In this document: positions 10,712-25,078 of the stretch, piece by piece
How positions within the stretch are numbered: position 1 is the stretch's first letter
How the letters are laid out: the number at the start of each line of letters is the position of its first letter
Source of the DNA: Escherichia coli
GTDB taxonomy: Bacteria; Pseudomonadota; Gammaproteobacteria; Enterobacterales; Enterobacteriaceae
Direction: 5' to 3' (one strand)
DNA length: 64,000 nt
Assembly: GCF_003790525.1 (NCBI RefSeq)
Contig: NZ_CP033635.1
Program-made: the position numbers and the translations under genes
Notes under the pieces: generated by a model
The model's database searches: none
What the model was told of the DNA's origin: nothing
What the model saw: the letters and a program-made list of their open reading frames with translations, nothing else

Positions 10712-12478
10712 TTAAATCTCCTCCTGACGATGGGCCAGCAATGTGGCGAAAGGACCACCAGCCACGCTTAATTCCGCGTAACGTCCTTGCTCAATAATCT
10801 GACCATCCTGCATTACCCAAATGACATCCCAGTCAGCAAGATCTTCTAACTGGTGGGTGACCATTAACGTTGTCTGGCGCAGAGAGGCGGCATTAAGCGC
10901 CTCCATTACGCGCTGTTCACTGTGAGCATCAAGGCTGGCAGCGGGTTCATCCAACAGTAATAGCGAACAGGGATTCAGTAATGCTCGGGCCACCGCCACG
11001 CGCTGCGCCTGCCCCACGGAAAGGCGGGCAGCCTGGTCACCAACAGGCGTATCAACGCCTTGTGGCAGGAGCGGTAGAAACTCACTGACCCAGGCGTTAT
11101 CCAGTGCTGCTTGTAACTCGTGTTCGTTGGCATCAGGTCGCGCCAGTAGTACGTTATCCCGTAGTGTTGCTGCCGGTAATTGTGGGTTTTGCCCAACCCA
11201 GGAGAGATGTTTACGCCATGATTCTGGTGATAAATCGCGTAATTCTATCCCGTTGATTCGTAGCGATCCCTGATATGAGAGAAAACCAGAAAGCGCGTTC
11301 AGCAGTGAGCTTTTACCTGAACCGCTGCGACCAACCAACACTGCACGTTGGCCTGCTGGCAAAGTAAAGTTCAGCGGTCCGGCCAGCGTTTTACCTTCTG
11401 GTGATGTAATAAACAGCTCCTCGGCTTCAATGGTCACCGGATCGGTCGATGCTAATTCCGCCTCACCACGCTGCGGATGGGCAAGCGGGGTTTCCATAAA
11501 CGTTTTCAAACTGTCAGCTGCACCAACAGCCTGGGCTTTAGCATGATAAAACGTACCGAGATCGCGTAATGGCTGGAAAAACTCCGGCGCAAGGATCAGG
11601 GCCAGAAAACCCGCAGCCAGCGTCACGCCAGTATCATAGTGACCAAAATCCAGCTCGCCGAGATAGGAAAAACCAAAGTAGACCGCCACCAGAGCAATTG
11701 ACAGCGAGGTAAAAAATTCGAGAATGCCGGAGGATAAAAACGCCAGCCGTAGCACTTCCATTGTCCGTTGGCGGAAATCTTCCGAAGCAGAACGAATACT
11801 TTCAATTTCAGCTTCACCACGACCAAAAATACGCAATGTTTCCATGCCGCGCAGGCGATCGAGAAAATGCCCACTTAAGCGAGCAAGAGCGAGAAAGTTA
11901 CGTCGGTTAGCATCGGCAGCCCCCATTCCAACCAGCGCCATAAACAACGGAATTAACGGAGCAGTGCCCAGCAGAATGAGCGCCGCAGCCCAGTTAGAGG
12001 GGAAGATAGCCACCACAATCAGCAACGGCACCGACACTGCCAGCGCCATTTGCGGCAGGTAGCGTGCATAGTAATCATGCATATCGTCAATTTGCTCGAG
12101 TACCAGCGTCGCCCAGCTCCCCGCCGGTTTACCCTGAATCCACGCTGGCCCTGCTTGTTGCAGACGGTCGAGAACCTGACGGCGGATGGCAAAGCGGATA
12201 TGCTGCCCGGCGTGATAACCCACCCGTTCGCGTAACCAGACCACCCATGCGCGCAGTACAAAGGTCAGAACCAGTAACGTAAAGGGAAGCAGCAGGGCTT
12301 CACGGGGAATATTCTCCATAATCATATGTTGCAGAATTCGCGCCATGAACCAGGCCTGGGCAATGATCAATATGCCGCTCACAAAGCCCAGCAGACGAGA
12401 AATATTCAGCCAACGTTGGGAGATGACGCTTTGCTGTTTTAACCAGCGGGTTAACTCTTTTTGACGGGATTTATTCAT
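10712..12478 (-). CDS. cydD: Cysteine/glutathione ABC exporter subunit CydD
   Basis: TM domain plus ABC ATPase (GRSGSGKSS, LSVGQ); abuts cydC. Confidence 0.9.
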   Translation of the reverse strand: MNKSRQKELTRWLKQQSVISQRWLNISRLLGFVSGILIIAQAWFMARILQHMIMENIPREALLLPFTLLVLTFVLRAWVVWLRERVGYHAGQHIRFAIRRQVLDRLQQAGPAWIQGKPAGSWATLVLEQIDDMHDYYARYLPQMALAVSVPLLIVVAIFPSNWAAALILLGTAPLIPLFMALVGMGAADANRRNFLALARLSGHFLDRLRGMETLRIFGRGEAEIESIRSASEDFRQRTMEVLRLAFLSSGILEFFTSLSIALVAVYFGFSYLGELDFGHYDTGVTLAAGFLALILAPEFFQPLRDLGTFYHAKAQAVGAADSLKTFMETPLAHPQRGEAELASTDPVTIEAEELFITSPEGKTLAGPLNFTLPAGQRAVLVGRSGSGKSSLLNALSGFLSYQGSLRINGIELRDLSPESWRKHLSWVGQNPQLPAATLRDNVLLARPDANEHELQAALDNAWVSEFLPLLPQGVDTPVGDQAARLSVGQAQRVAVARALLNPCSLLLLDEPAASLDAHSEQRVMEALNAASLRQTTLMVTHQLEDLADWDVIWVMQDGQIIEQGRYAELSVAGGPFATLLAHRQEEI

Positions 12479-12600
12479 TGCACGCTTAGCAGGTGAGTTA
12501 TCAGAATTATTTGCAGAGCAATGTTACAACGAGGAAAAAATAAAGGCGACCCATAGTCGCATGGTGTCGCCTTCTTTACTTTTGTTACTGATTTGTAAAA

Positions 12601-13683
<1,083 letters not shown>

Positions 13684-14110
13684 TCAAATTCTCCCGTCAT
13701 TATCACCTCTGCTACTTAAATTTCCCGCTTTATAAGCCGATTAAATGATGAATAAACGCCCCTGTTAATGAATATCTGGCATGTTGTACTAAAAATCGAT
13801 GTTTTGCTTTGACAATCCCCTGGTGTTTTGCGAAAACATTCTAGGAAGAAAAAAAACAGTATTCTTATATGCGCATAATCATGCATGTAAATACCATGTT
13901 TACCGTGCTAGTGAAATCTACGTATGGCGTGGACAGACGCCATTCGTGATGTCGATAGCTGCCACAAGGCAACGGTCTTCTCACCGTAGACCCAGGCATT
14001 GCGCGCCGTGAATCTTCATGATTTCGGTCTATCGTGACGGGTAGCGACTCTGAACAGTGATGTTTCAGGGTCAGACAGGAGTAGGGAAGGAATACAGAGA
14101 GACAATAATA

Positions 14111-14605
14111 ATGGTAGATAGCAAGAAGCGCCCTGGCAAAGATCTCGACCGTATCGATCGTAACATTCTTAATGAGTTGCAAAAGGATGGGCGTATTTCT
14201 AACGTCGAGCTTTCTAAACGTGTGGGACTTTCCCCAACGCCGTGCCTTGAGCGTGTGCGTCGGCTGGAAAGACAAGGGTTTATTCAGGGCTATACGGCGC
14301 TGCTGAACCCCCATTATCTGGATGCATCACTTCTGGTATTCGTTGAGATTACTCTGAATCGTGGCGCACCGGATGTGTTTGAACAATTCAATACCGCTGT
14401 ACAAAAACTTGAAGAAATTCAGGAGTGTCATTTAGTGTCCGGTGATTTCGACTACCTGTTGAAAACACGCGTGCCGGATATGTCAGCTTACCGTAAGTTG
14501 CTGGGGGAAACCCTGCTGCGTCTGCCTGGCGTCAATGACACACGGACATACGTTGTTATGGAAGAAGTCAAGCAGAGTAATCGTCTGGTTATTAAGACGC
14601 GCTAA
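14111..14605 (+). CDS. lrp: Leucine-responsive regulatory protein
   Basis: MVDSKKRPGKDLDRIDRNILNELQKDGRISNVELSKRVGLSPTPC...; internal start of the track ORF. Confidence 0.95.
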   Translation: MVDSKKRPGKDLDRIDRNILNELQKDGRISNVELSKRVGLSPTPCLERVRRLERQGFIQGYTALLNPHYLDASLLVFVEITLNRGAPDVFEQFNTAVQKLEEIQECHLVSGDFDYLLKTRVPDMSAYRKLLGETLLRLPGVNDTRTYVVMEEVKQSNRLVIKTR

Positions 14606-14645
14606 CACGGAACAGGTGCAAAATCGGCGTATTTTGATTACACTC

Positions 14646-14661
14646 CTGTTAATCCATACAG
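14646..14661. promoter_or_regulatory. LexA-box-like CTGT-N8-ACAG upstream of ftsK
   Basis: CTGTTAATCCATACAG about 80 bp upstream of the ftsK start. Confidence 0.45.
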
Positions 14662-14739
14662 CAACAGTACTGGGGTAACCTGGTACTGTTGTCCGTTTTA
14701 GCATCGGGCAGGAAAAGCCTGTAACCTGGAGAGCCTTTC

Positions 14740-17700
14740 TTGAGCCAGGAATACACTGAAGACAAAGAAGTCACATTGACAAAGTTAAGTAGCGGCCGCC
14801 GCCTTCTGGAGGCGTTGCTGATCCTTATTGTCCTGTTTGCCGTCTGGTTGATGGCTGCCTTACTAAGCTTTAACCCTTCGGACCCCAGCTGGTCGCAAAC
14901 GGCCTGGCATGAACCTATCCATAATTTAGGTGGGATGCCCGGTGCATGGCTGGCAGATACGCTGTTCTTTATTTTTGGAGTGATGGCTTACACCATTCCC
15001 GTCATTATTGTCGGCGGTTGTTGGTTTGCCTGGCGTCATCAGTCCAGCGACGAATACATTGATTATTTTGCCGTTTCGCTACGCATCATTGGCGTTTTGG
15101 CGCTCATCCTTACCTCCTGTGGTCTGGCGGCAATCAACGCTGACGATATCTGGTATTTTGCCTCCGGTGGCGTCATTGGCAGCTTACTGAGCACTACGCT
15201 ACAACCACTGCTACACAGTAGCGGGGGAACTATTGCACTGCTCTGCGTTTGGGCAGCGGGCCTGACGCTGTTCACCGGTTGGTCATGGGTGACCATTGCT
15301 GAAAAACTCGGCGGCTGGATTTTAAATATTCTTACCTTCGCCAGTAATCGTACCCGTCGCGATGATACCTGGGTCGATGAAGATGAGTATGAAGACGACG
15401 AAGAATATGAAGAAGATGAAAGTCACGGCAAACAGCATGAATCACGCCGTGCCCGTATTCTTCGCGGCGCGCTAGCGCGTCGTAAACGGTTGGCGGAAAA
15501 ATTCATTAATCCGATGGGGCGGCAAACAGACGCTGCGTTGTTCTCCGGTAAGCGGATGGATGATGACGAAGAGATTACCTACACTGCACGCGGTGTGGCT
15601 GCCGACCCTGACGACGTCCTCTTTTCGGGCAATCGTGCAACGCAGCCAGAATATGACGAGTACGATCCATTATTAAACGGTGCGCCAATTACCGAACCTG
15701 TTGCTGTAGCAGCTGCTGCTACCACGGCGACACAAAGCTGGGCTGCGCCGGTTGAACCTGTGACTCAGACGCCGCCTGTTGCCTCTGTTGATGTTCCACC
15801 TGCACAACCTACAGTAGCCTGGCAGCCTGTACCGGGGCCACAAACGGGAGAGCCGGTTATTGCTCCTGCACCGGAAGGTTACCCACAGCAGCCACAATAT
15901 GCGCAGCCTGCAGTGCAATATAATGAGCCGCTGCAACAACCAGTACAGCCACAGCAGCCGTATTATGCACCTGCAGCTGAACAATCTGCGCAACAACCTT
16001 ACTACGCTCCTGCGCCGGAACAGTCTGCGCAACAGCCGTATTACGCCCCTGCGCCAGAACAATCGGTGGCAGGTAACGCCTGGCAAGCCGAAGAGCAGCA
16101 ATCCACTTTTGCTCCACAGTCTACATACCAGACGGAGCAAACTTATCAGCAGCCAGCCGCTCAGGAGCCGTTGTACCAACAGCCGCAACCCGTTGAACAG
16201 CAGCCTGTTGTGGAGCCTGAACCCGTTGTAGAAGAGACAAAACCCGCGCGTCCGCCGCTTTACTATTTTGAAGAAGTGGAAGAGAAGCGTGCCCGTGAAC
16301 GTGAACAACTTGCGGCCTGGTATCAACCGATTCCAGAACCTGTTAAAGAACCAGAACCGATCAAATCTTCGCTAAAAGCACCTTCTGTTGCAGCAGTACC
16401 TCCAGTGGAAGCCGCTGCCGCCGTTTCTCCGCTGGCATCTGGCGTGAAAAAAGCGACACTGGCGACGGGGGCTGCCGCAACCGTTGCCGCGCCAGTCTTC
16501 AGTCTGGCAAATAGCGGTGGACCGCGTCCACAGGTCAAAGAGGGGATTGGCCCCCAGTTGCCACGACCGAAACGCATCCGCGTGCCAACTCGTCGTGAAC
16601 TGGCGTCTTACGGTATTAAGCTGCCCTCACAGCGTGCGGCAGAAGAAAAAGCCCGTGAAGCCCAGCGCAATCAGTATGATTCTGGCGATCAGTATAACGA
16701 TGATGAAATCGATGCGATGCAGCAGGATGAACTGGCGCGTCAATTCGCCCAGACACAGCAGCAACGCTACGGCGAACAGTATCAACATGATGTGCCCGTG
16801 AACGCAGAAGATGCAGATGCTGCGGCAGAGGCTGAACTGGCTCGTCAGTTTGCTCAAACTCAACAACAACGTTATTCCGGCGAACAACCGGCTGGGGCGA
16901 ATCCGTTCACTCTGGATGATTTTGAATTTTCGCCAATGAAAGCGTTGCTGGATGATGGTCCACACGAACCGCTGTTTACGCCAATTGTTGAACCTGTACA
17001 GCAGCCGCAACAACCGATTGCACCGCAGCAACAGTATCAGCAGCCGCAGCAACCAGTTGCGCCGCAGCCGCAGTATCAGCAGCCGCAACAGCCGGTTGCA
17101 CCGCAGCAGCAATATCAGCAGCCGCAACAGCCGGTTGCACCACAGCCGCAATATCAGCAGCCGCAACAGCCAGTTGCGCCGCAGCCGCAGTATCAGCAGC
17201 CACAACAACCGGTTGCGCCGCAGCAGCAATATCAGCAGCCACAACAGCCAGTTGCGCCGCAGCCGCAGTATCAGCAGCCACAACAGCCAGTTGCGCCACA
17301 GCCGCAGGATACCCTGCTTCATCCGCTGTTGATGCGTAATGGCGACAGCCGTCCGTTGCATAAACCGACGACGCCGCTGCCTTCTCTGGATTTGTTGACG
17401 CCGCCGCCGAGCGAAGTGGAGCCGGTAGATACCTTTGCGCTTGAACAAATGGCGCGTCTGGTGGAAGCGCGTCTGGCTGATTTCCGTATTAAAGCCGATG
17501 TCGTCAATTACTCTCCGGGGCCAGTTATCACTCGCTTTGAACTTAACCTGGCACCTGGCGTAAAAGCGGCGCGCATTTCTAACTTGTCACGGGACCTTGC
17601 CCGTTCACTTTCGACGGTGGCGGTGCGTGTCGTTGAAGTTATTCCTGGCAAACCCTATGTAGGTCTGGAGTTACCGAATAAAAAACGACAAACCGTTTAT

Positions 17701-18849
17701 CTGCGCGAAGTTTTGGATAACGCCAAATTCCGCGATAATCCGTCGCCATTAACCGTGGTGCTGGGTAAAGATATCGCCGGTGAGCCGGTGGTTGCCGATC
17801 TGGCAAAAATGCCGCACTTGTTGGTTGCGGGGACTACCGGTTCCGGTAAGTCTGTCGGGGTGAACGCGATGATCCTGAGCATGCTTTATAAAGCACAGCC
17901 AGAAGATGTGCGTTTCATCATGATCGACCCGAAAATGCTGGAGCTTTCGGTTTATGAAGGCATTCCGCATCTGTTAACGGAAGTTGTTACTGATATGAAA
18001 GATGCCGCCAACGCGCTGCGCTGGTGTGTTAACGAGATGGAGCGTCGTTATAAACTGATGTCTGCGCTGGGTGTGCGTAATCTGGCGGGTTATAACGAAA
18101 AAATTGCTGAAGCCGATCGCATGATGCGTCCGATTCCAGACCCGTACTGGAAGCCGGGTGACAGTATGGATGCCCAGCATCCGGTGCTGAAAAAAGAACC
18201 GTACATTGTGGTGTTGGTGGACGAATTTGCCGACCTGATGATGACGGTAGGTAAAAAAGTGGAAGAGCTTATAGCACGTCTGGCGCAAAAAGCCCGTGCC
18301 GCGGGTATCCACCTCGTACTGGCAACGCAGCGTCCATCGGTTGATGTTATTACTGGTCTGATTAAAGCGAATATTCCGACCCGTATCGCCTTTACCGTAT
18401 CCAGTAAGATTGACTCACGTACCATTCTTGATCAGGCTGGCGCGGAATCACTGCTGGGTATGGGGGATATGCTTTACTCTGGGCCGAACTCCACGTTGCC
18501 GGTACGTGTTCATGGTGCTTTTGTTCGCGATCAGGAAGTTCATGCCGTGGTGCAGGACTGGAAAGCGCGTGGTCGCCCACAGTATGTTGATGGCATCACC
18601 TCCGACAGTGAAAGCGAAGGTGGCGCGGGCGGTTTCGATGGCGCTGAAGAACTGGATCCGTTGTTCGATCAGGCGGTGCAGTTTGTCACTGAAAAACGCA
18701 AAGCATCAATTTCTGGCGTACAGCGTCAGTTCCGCATTGGTTATAACCGTGCAGCGCGTATTATCGAACAGATGGAAGCGCAGGGGATTGTCAGCGAACA
18801 GGGGCACAACGGTAATCGTGAAGTGCTGGCCCCACCGCCGTTTGACTAA
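14740..18849 (+). CDS. ftsK: DNA translocase FtsK
   Basis: N-terminal membrane domain, Pro/Gln-rich linker, C-terminal motor (GTTGSGKS) and gamma domain; 1369 aa. Confidence 0.95.
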   Translation: MSQEYTEDKEVTLTKLSSGRRLLEALLILIVLFAVWLMAALLSFNPSDPSWSQTAWHEPIHNLGGMPGAWLADTLFFIFGVMAYTIPVIIVGGCWFAWRHQSSDEYIDYFAVSLRIIGVLALILTSCGLAAINADDIWYFASGGVIGSLLSTTLQPLLHSSGGTIALLCVWAAGLTLFTGWSWVTIAEKLGGWILNILTFASNRTRRDDTWVDEDEYEDDEEYEEDESHGKQHESRRARILRGALARRKRLAEKFINPMGRQTDAALFSGKRMDDDEEITYTARGVAADPDDVLFSGNRATQPEYDEYDPLLNGAPITEPVAVAAAATTATQSWAAPVEPVTQTPPVASVDVPPAQPTVAWQPVPGPQTGEPVIAPAPEGYPQQPQYAQPAVQYNEPLQQPVQPQQPYYAPAAEQSAQQPYYAPAPEQSAQQPYYAPAPEQSVAGNAWQAEEQQSTFAPQSTYQTEQTYQQPAAQEPLYQQPQPVEQQPVVEPEPVVEETKPARPPLYYFEEVEEKRAREREQLAAWYQPIPEPVKEPEPIKSSLKAPSVAAVPPVEAAAAVSPLASGVKKATLATGAAATVAAPVFSLANSGGPRPQVKEGIGPQLPRPKRIRVPTRRELASYGIKLPSQRAAEEKAREAQRNQYDSGDQYNDDEIDAMQQDELARQFAQTQQQRYGEQYQHDVPVNAEDADAAAEAELARQFAQTQQQRYSGEQPAGANPFTLDDFEFSPMKALLDDGPHEPLFTPIVEPVQQPQQPIAPQQQYQQPQQPVAPQPQYQQPQQPVAPQQQYQQPQQPVAPQPQYQQPQQPVAPQPQYQQPQQPVAPQQQYQQPQQPVAPQPQYQQPQQPVAPQPQDTLLHPLLMRNGDSRPLHKPTTPLPSLDLLTPPPSEVEPVDTFALEQMARLVEARLADFRIKADVVNYSPGPVITRFELNLAPGVKAARISNLSRDLARSLSTVAVRVVEVIPGKPYVGLELPNKKRQTVYLREVLDNAKFRDNPSPLTVVLGKDIAGEPVVADLAKMPHLLVAGTTGSGKSVGVNAMILSMLYKAQPEDVRFIMIDPKMLELSVYEGIPHLLTEVVTDMKDAANALRWCVNEMERRYKLMSALGVRNLAGYNEKIAEADRMMRPIPDPYWKPGDSMDAQHPVLKKEPYIVVLVDEFADLMMTVGKKVEELIARLAQKARAAGIHLVLATQRPSVDVITGLIKANIPTRIAFTVSSKIDSRTILDQAGAESLLGMGDMLYSGPNSTLPVRVHGAFVRDQEVHAVVQDWKARGRPQYVDGITSDSESEGGAGGFDGAEELDPLFDQAVQFVTEKRKASISGVQRQFRIGYNRAARIIEQMEAQGIVSEQGHNGNREVLAPPPFD
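16990..17310 (+). repeat. In-frame tandem repeats (about 42 bp) encoding [10 protein letters not shown](P/Q)QYQ in the FtsK linker
   Basis: About eight consecutive near-identical units. Confidence 0.8.
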
Positions 18850-18863
18850 TTAATGCATCGTAT

Positions 18864-18895
18864 GCCGGAAAAGGCGCGGTAGCGTCGCATCCGGC
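18864..18895. repeat. REP-like palindromic element between ftsK and lolA
   Basis: gccggaaaaggcgcggtagcgtcgcatccggc resembles the REP consensus. Confidence 0.5.
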
Positions 18896-19004
18896 ACTCT
18901 ATCAACTGAAAATTCAGTATTTTCTTCTTTCCTCAAGCTGATTATTAGCCTGGAATAGAGAGTAGAGGGAGCTCCCGGTCGGGAGTGACGTAATTTGAGG
19001 AATA

Positions 19005-19619
19005 ATGATGAAAAAAATTGCTATCACCTGTGCATTACTCTCAAGCTTAGTAGCAAGCAGCGTTTGGGCTGATGCCGCAAGCGATCTGAAAAGCCGCCTG
19101 GATAAAGTCAGCAGCTTCCACGCCAGCTTCACACAAAAAGTGACTGACGGTAGCGGCGCGGCGGTGCAGGAAGGTCAGGGCGATCTGTGGGTGAAACGTC
19201 CAAACTTATTCAACTGGCATATGACTCAACCTGACGAAAGCATTCTGGTTTCTGACGGTAAAACACTGTGGTTCTATAACCCGTTCGTTGAGCAAGCTAC
19301 GGCAACCTGGCTGAAAGATGCCACCGGTAATACGCCGTTTATGCTGATTGCCCGCAACCAGTCCAGCGACTGGCAGCAGTACAATATCAAACAGAATGGC
19401 GATGACTTTGTCCTGACGCCGAAAGCCAGCAATGGCAATCTGAAGCAGTTCACCATTAACGTGGGACGTGATGGCACAATCCATCAGTTTAGCGCGGTGG
19501 AGCAGGACGATCAGCGCAGCAGTTATCAGCTGAAATCCCAGCAAAATGGGGCTGTGGATGCAGCGAAATTTACCTTCACCCCGCCGCAAGGCGTCACGGT
19601 AGATGATCAACGTAAGTAG
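19005..19619 (+). CDS. lolA: Outer-membrane lipoprotein carrier LolA
   Basis: [34 protein letters not shown]...; signal peptide. Confidence 0.9.
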
Positions 19620-19629
19620 AGGCACCTGA

Positions 19630-20973
19630 GTGAGCAATCTGTCGCTCGATTTTTCGGATAATACTTTTCAACCTCTGGCCGCGCGTATGCGGCCAGAAAA
19701 TTTAGCACAGTATATCGGCCAGCAACATTTGCTGGCTGCGGGGAAGCCGTTGCCGCGCGCTATCGAAGCCGGGCATTTGCATTCTATGATCCTCTGGGGG
19801 CCGCCGGGTACCGGCAAAACAACCCTCGCTGAAGTGATTGCCCGCTATGCGAACGCTGATGTGGAACGTATTTCTGCCGTCACCTCTGGTGTGAAAGAGA
19901 TTCGCGAGGCGATCGAGCGCGCTCGGCAAAACCGCAATGCAGGTCGCCGCACTATTCTTTTTGTTGACGAAGTTCACCGTTTCAACAAAAGCCAGCAGGA
20001 TGCATTTCTGCCACATATTGAAGACGGCACCATCACTTTTATTGGCGCAACCACTGAAAACCCGTCGTTTGAGCTTAATTCGGCACTGCTTTCCCGTGCC
20101 CGTGTCTATCTGTTGAAATCCCTGAGTACAGAGGATATTGAGCAAGTACTGACTCAGGCGATGGAAGACAAAACCCGTGGCTATGGTGGTCAGGATATTG
20201 TTCTGCCAGATGAAACACGACGCGCCATTGCTGAACTGGTGAATGGCGACGCGCGCCGGGCGTTAAATACGCTGGAAATGATGGCGGATATGGCCGAAGT
20301 CGATGATAGCGGTAAGCGGGTCCTGAAACCTGAATTACTGACCGAAATCGCCGGTGAACGTAGCGCCCGCTTTGATAACAAAGGCGATCGCTTTTACGAT
20401 CTGATTTCCGCATTGCATAAGTCGGTACGTGGTAGCGCACCCGATGCGGCGCTGTACTGGTATGCGCGAATTATTACCGCCGGTGGCGATCCGTTATATG
20501 TTGCGCGTCGTTGCCTGGCAATTGCTTCCGAAGATGTCGGCAATGCCGACCCACGGGCGATGCAGGTGGCAATTGCGGCCTGGGATTGCTTTACTCGCGT
20601 TGGCCCGGCGGAAGGTGAACGCGCCATTGCTCAGGCGATTGTTTACCTGGCCTGCGCGCCAAAAAGCAACGCTGTCTACACCGCGTTTAAAGCCGCGCTG
20701 GCCGATGCTCGCGAACGTCCCGATTATGACGTGCCGGTTCATTTGCGTAATGCGCCGACGAAATTAATGAAGGAAATGGGCTACGGGCAGGAATATCGTT
20801 ACGCTCATGATGAAGCAAACGCTTATGCTGCCGGTGAGGTTTATTTCCCGCCGGAAATAGCACAAACACGCTATTATTTCCCGACAAACAGGGGCCTTGA
20901 AGGCAAGATTGGCGAAAAGCTCGCCTGGCTGGCTGAACAGGATCAAAATAGCCCCATAAAACGCTACCGTTAA
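19630..20973 (+). CDS. rarA: Replication-associated recombination protein RarA (MgsA)
   Basis: AAA+ Walker [10 protein letters not shown], 447 aa; GTG start. Confidence 0.9.
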
Positions 20974-21042
20974 TGTTATCGTTGCGGTAATGTTGTTACT
21001 GTATCCCTGTGGTCGCAGGCTGTGGCCACATCTCCCATTTAA

Positions 21043-22356
<1,314 letters not shown>

Positions 22357-22374
22357 TACCCAATTTTTCTGAAT

Positions 22375-22405
22375 CTAAAAAGCGCCTGCGGGCGCTTTTG
22401 CATGG
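22375..22405 (+). terminator. serS terminator hairpin containing the prophage attL core (22385-22399)
   Basis: aaaaagcgcctgcgggcgctttt; CCTGCGGGCGCTTTT repeated at 59774-59788. Confidence 0.7.
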
Positions 22406-22554
22406 TACTTAACTATATGAAAATAAATGGATTTTATTTTCATGTGTCCAGATAATGTCCATCTTTGAAGAAAAAAGTCCACAATACTGACGTTGTGGGC
22501 TTTTCTTTTTCCTGATGGTGTCGTGCCGTCAGTGCAACGAACCAAAGGGAGGGG

Positions 22555-22782
22555 ATGTTGATGTTGTTTTCCCTTCGCACCAGCTTTAAAGCCACTCTTG
22601 TTAACGATGATGGTACGCCACGGATCACGGCCGAGGTGAGGAATGTGACACCTGATGATATCGGGAAGGTGGCGGAACTTGTCAGGGATGTTTTTGGTAC
22701 TCCTTCCGGTACCTGCCGTTCAGACTCTGCGGCCAGGGTTGACAGGCAGGATGTTAACGCCGGGTGGCTTACGCGCCTCTGA
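22555..22782 (+). CDS. Hypothetical 75-aa protein at the attL end
   Basis: Strong SD GGGAGGGG before the ATG; preceded by a terminator hairpin. Confidence 0.35.
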   Translation: MLMLFSLRTSFKATLVNDDGTPRITAEVRNVTPDDIGKVAELVRDVFGTPSGTCRSDSAARVDRQDVNAGWLTRL

Positions 22783-22932
22783 ATGATGATGCCCTCACTG
22801 GTGAGGGTGACAAAAAAGCCCTCTCAATGGCGGGCAAATCTGGTTTTTTGTTTTGTCTCTACAGGGAAAGGGCGCCATATCGGCCCACCCCAACAACCGG
22901 ATAGCGGGGAATTTCTCCCCCGCTGCGGTTTC

Positions 22933-23073
22933 TTACGGTTTACACTGCAAGAACGCCGCAAAACGCGCTCCCCAGATATCAAAGCTGAATTCACATAACG
23001 AATCGTGGACCATCCAGATGACCAGGGTTATTGTCAGGCATAAAATGCCAACAATAATCGTTTTTTGCGGTAT
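22933..23073 (-). pseudogene. Hok/Gef-family toxin paralog with ATA in the start position
   Basis: Frame gives IPQKTIIVGILCLTITLVIWMVHDSLCEFSFDIWGARFAAFLQCKP; same length and context as the intact copy at 24938-25078. Confidence 0.45.
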
Positions 23074-23173
23074 AGCGCTTGCTCCTTTTACAAAGAGGCG
23101 CTAACCTTCCACTTGTCACGGTAGGAAGGGTCAGGCCTCGGTTAAACACAGATGTTTTCCGGGGCCTTTCCAC
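22991..23173 (-). CDS. Mok-like reading frame overlapping the hok-like ORF
   Basis: ORF overlaps the hok paralog in another frame; paralog of 24945-25178. Confidence 0.3.
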   Translation of the reverse strand: MERPRKTSVFNRGLTLPTVTSGRLAPLCKRSKRYTAKNDYCWHFMPDNNPGHLDGPRFVM

Positions 23174-23283
23174 ATCCGGCCTTCAGGTTTTCCCTCCGGC
23201 CATCAGCCGAAAGGCACCCGTTTCTTTTTGTTGCGGCAATATTTCAGGTGTCAGTTGGGGTGGGCTGTATCTTGTCTGATGCA

Positions 23284-23382
23284 TAAAAAAATGCCCGCGC
23301 TTTGGCGGGCAAAAGACAAGACTTTTCGTTTGTATATCATGGATAATGGACACCCCTTCCTGTTGTCAGGTGGCAGGCACCC
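23284..23382 (-). ncRNA. Candidate small RNA or leader unit X1
   Basis: Minus-strand -35 TTGAGA (23412-23417), 17-bp spacer, -10 TAGATT (23389-23394); ends at hairpin plus U-run. Confidence 0.3.
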
Positions 23383-23486
23383 GTGGTTAATCTACTGTTT
23401 TTGTGCTTTTGTCTCAACCCTGAAGTTTTCATGGAAAATCAGGGTTGCTTCATATGTGCCAGGAAGGTGCGGCTATGATAACTGCC

Positions 23487-23578
23487 AAAAAAAGCCCGCT
23501 TTCCGGCGGGCAAAACAGCAATGTGAGTTGTCTGTCATTGATACTGGACAGCCTTCCTGTTGTCAGGTGGAAGGTACC
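23487..23578 (-). ncRNA. Candidate small RNA or leader unit X2
   Basis: TTGAGA-N17-TAGATT on the minus strand, then terminator. Confidence 0.3.
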
Positions 23579-23930
23579 CGTGGTTAATCTACTGTCTTTG
23601 TGCTTTTGTCTCAACCCTGAAGTTTTCATGGAAAATCAGGGTTGCTTCATGTGAACCAGGAAGGTGAGGCGATGGTAACCGCCAAAAAAATGCCCGCTTT
23701 CCGGCGGGCAAAACAAGGAAGTACGGATCATGTATTATTGATTACGAGGCATTCCACCATGCCCACGTTTAATTTAGCTAGTTTTCATTTTATTCACAAT
23801 ATAGTTACTTATCATATTTATGAACAAAACTGTAATTTCATCTATAGGTATAAGTGATTTGCATTAACATGTTTCTTCTGTATTGCTGTTGGTTTTCCGA
23901 TGCTGATATTTATGATACATTCAGGGGCAA

Positions 23931-24002
23931 ATGAGGTTGTTCCACAGAAACGATGTTGAGATATTTCTGCTCCAGAAAGGACAAGCTAAAAAAATAAAGT
24001 GA
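23931..24002 (+). pseudogene. Disrupted paralog (Y1) of the small protein at 25756-25971
   Basis: MRLFHRNDVEIF... then premature stop; conserved AT-rich upstream region. Confidence 0.3.
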
Positions 24003-24135
24003 AATTATGATATGTCAGGGATGTTCAGGCATGTCAGTGTCTTATTAATAAACTCGTTGCTGCTGTAATAACACCAAAAAAATCAAAGCATAATCTGCAT
24101 GTTGTTCCTGATGACCCAATAACCACAAAAGAATA

Positions 24136-24228
24136 AAAAAATGCCCGCTTTCCGGCGGGCAAAACAGCAATGTGAGTTGTCTGTCATTGATACTGGACAC
24201 CCTTCCTGTTGTCAGGTGGAAGGCACCC
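24136..24228 (-). ncRNA. Candidate small RNA or leader unit X3
   Basis: TTGAGC-N17-TAGATT on the minus strand, then terminator. Confidence 0.3.
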
Positions 24229-24586
24229 GTGGTTAATCTACTGTCTTTGTGCTTTTGGCTCAACCCTGAAGTTTTCATGGAAAATCAGGGCTGCTTTGTG
24301 TGCGCCAGGGAAGGCGCCTCGATGGCAGGCGCAAAAAAAATGCCCGTGCTTCGGCGGGCAAAATAAGGAAGTACAGGTTACATGTTATTGATAAAGTAGC
24401 ATTGCTCTGTCCGTCTTTAATCTAACGAGTTTTGAGTTTTTTCACAATATTGTTACCTGTCATGTTATAGATGAAACTGCAATTTCATCTATAGGTATAA
24501 ATGATTTGTATTAATGTGTGTCCACTGTTTGTCTGCTTTCTGGTTTTCAGTTGACTGTGTTTCTGATGAATTCAGGAGGTTGTCTT

Positions 24587-24685
24587 ATGAGGCTGTTCCA
24601 CAGAAACGATATTGAGATTGAACTGCATTTCTCCTCCGGTGAGGATAAGGTTAAATCATTGTTGATGAAAAAAACAAAGATTTAA
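24587..24685 (+). pseudogene. Truncated paralog (Y2) of the small protein at 25756-25971
   Basis: MRLFHRNDIEIELHFSSGEDKVKS then divergence and stop; SD AGGAGG. Confidence 0.3.
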
Positions 24686-24815
24686 TTTATTGATATAAAG
24701 GATTTGTATCAGCGTATGTCCACGCAGTGACCACATTTTCGAGAGGTAGAGTAAGCCCGCAACATTGCGGGCTTTGTCTTATAGTCTGATCACTGTTTCA
24801 AGTCGGTGAGGACAC

Positions 24816-24852
24816 CAAAAAGAAAACCCGCAGTTTTTATGCTGCGGGTTTG
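24816..24852 (-). terminator. Intrinsic terminator downstream of the hok-like gene
   Basis: Minus strand aaacccgcagcataaaaactgcgggttt plus T-run. Confidence 0.6.
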
Positions 24853-24937
24853 TTGTTCATGTCTGTGAGATAGGGTGCCTTATCGACCTTACCCTGGCAA
24901 CCGATTGACGGGGGATTGCTCCCCCGTCGCGGTTTCC

Positions 24938-25078
24938 TTACTTCTTACATTGTAAGAACGCCGCAAACTCCGCTCCCCAGAAGCTCATCCGTATTTCGCA
25001 CAGCGAACCGTGCAATATCCAGATGATGAGGATTGCCGTCACGCAGAACGTGATGGCCGTAAGCGATTTTTGCGACAT
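24938..25078 (-). CDS. Hok/Gef-family type I toxin homolog (46 aa)
   Basis: MSQKSLTAITFCVTAILIIWILHGSLCEIRMSFWGAEFAAFLQCKK; TM helix plus SLCEIR...AAF as in Hok; SD AAGGAG. Confidence 0.65.
   Translation of the reverse strand: MSQKSLTAITFCVTAILIIWILHGSLCEIRMSFWGAEFAAFLQCKK

Noticed and set aside
16627-17448. 273-aa minus-strand ORF and others antisense to the ftsK linker
   Set aside because: Low-complexity antisense frames of the Q/P-rich repeat; ftsK coding on the plus strand is clear.
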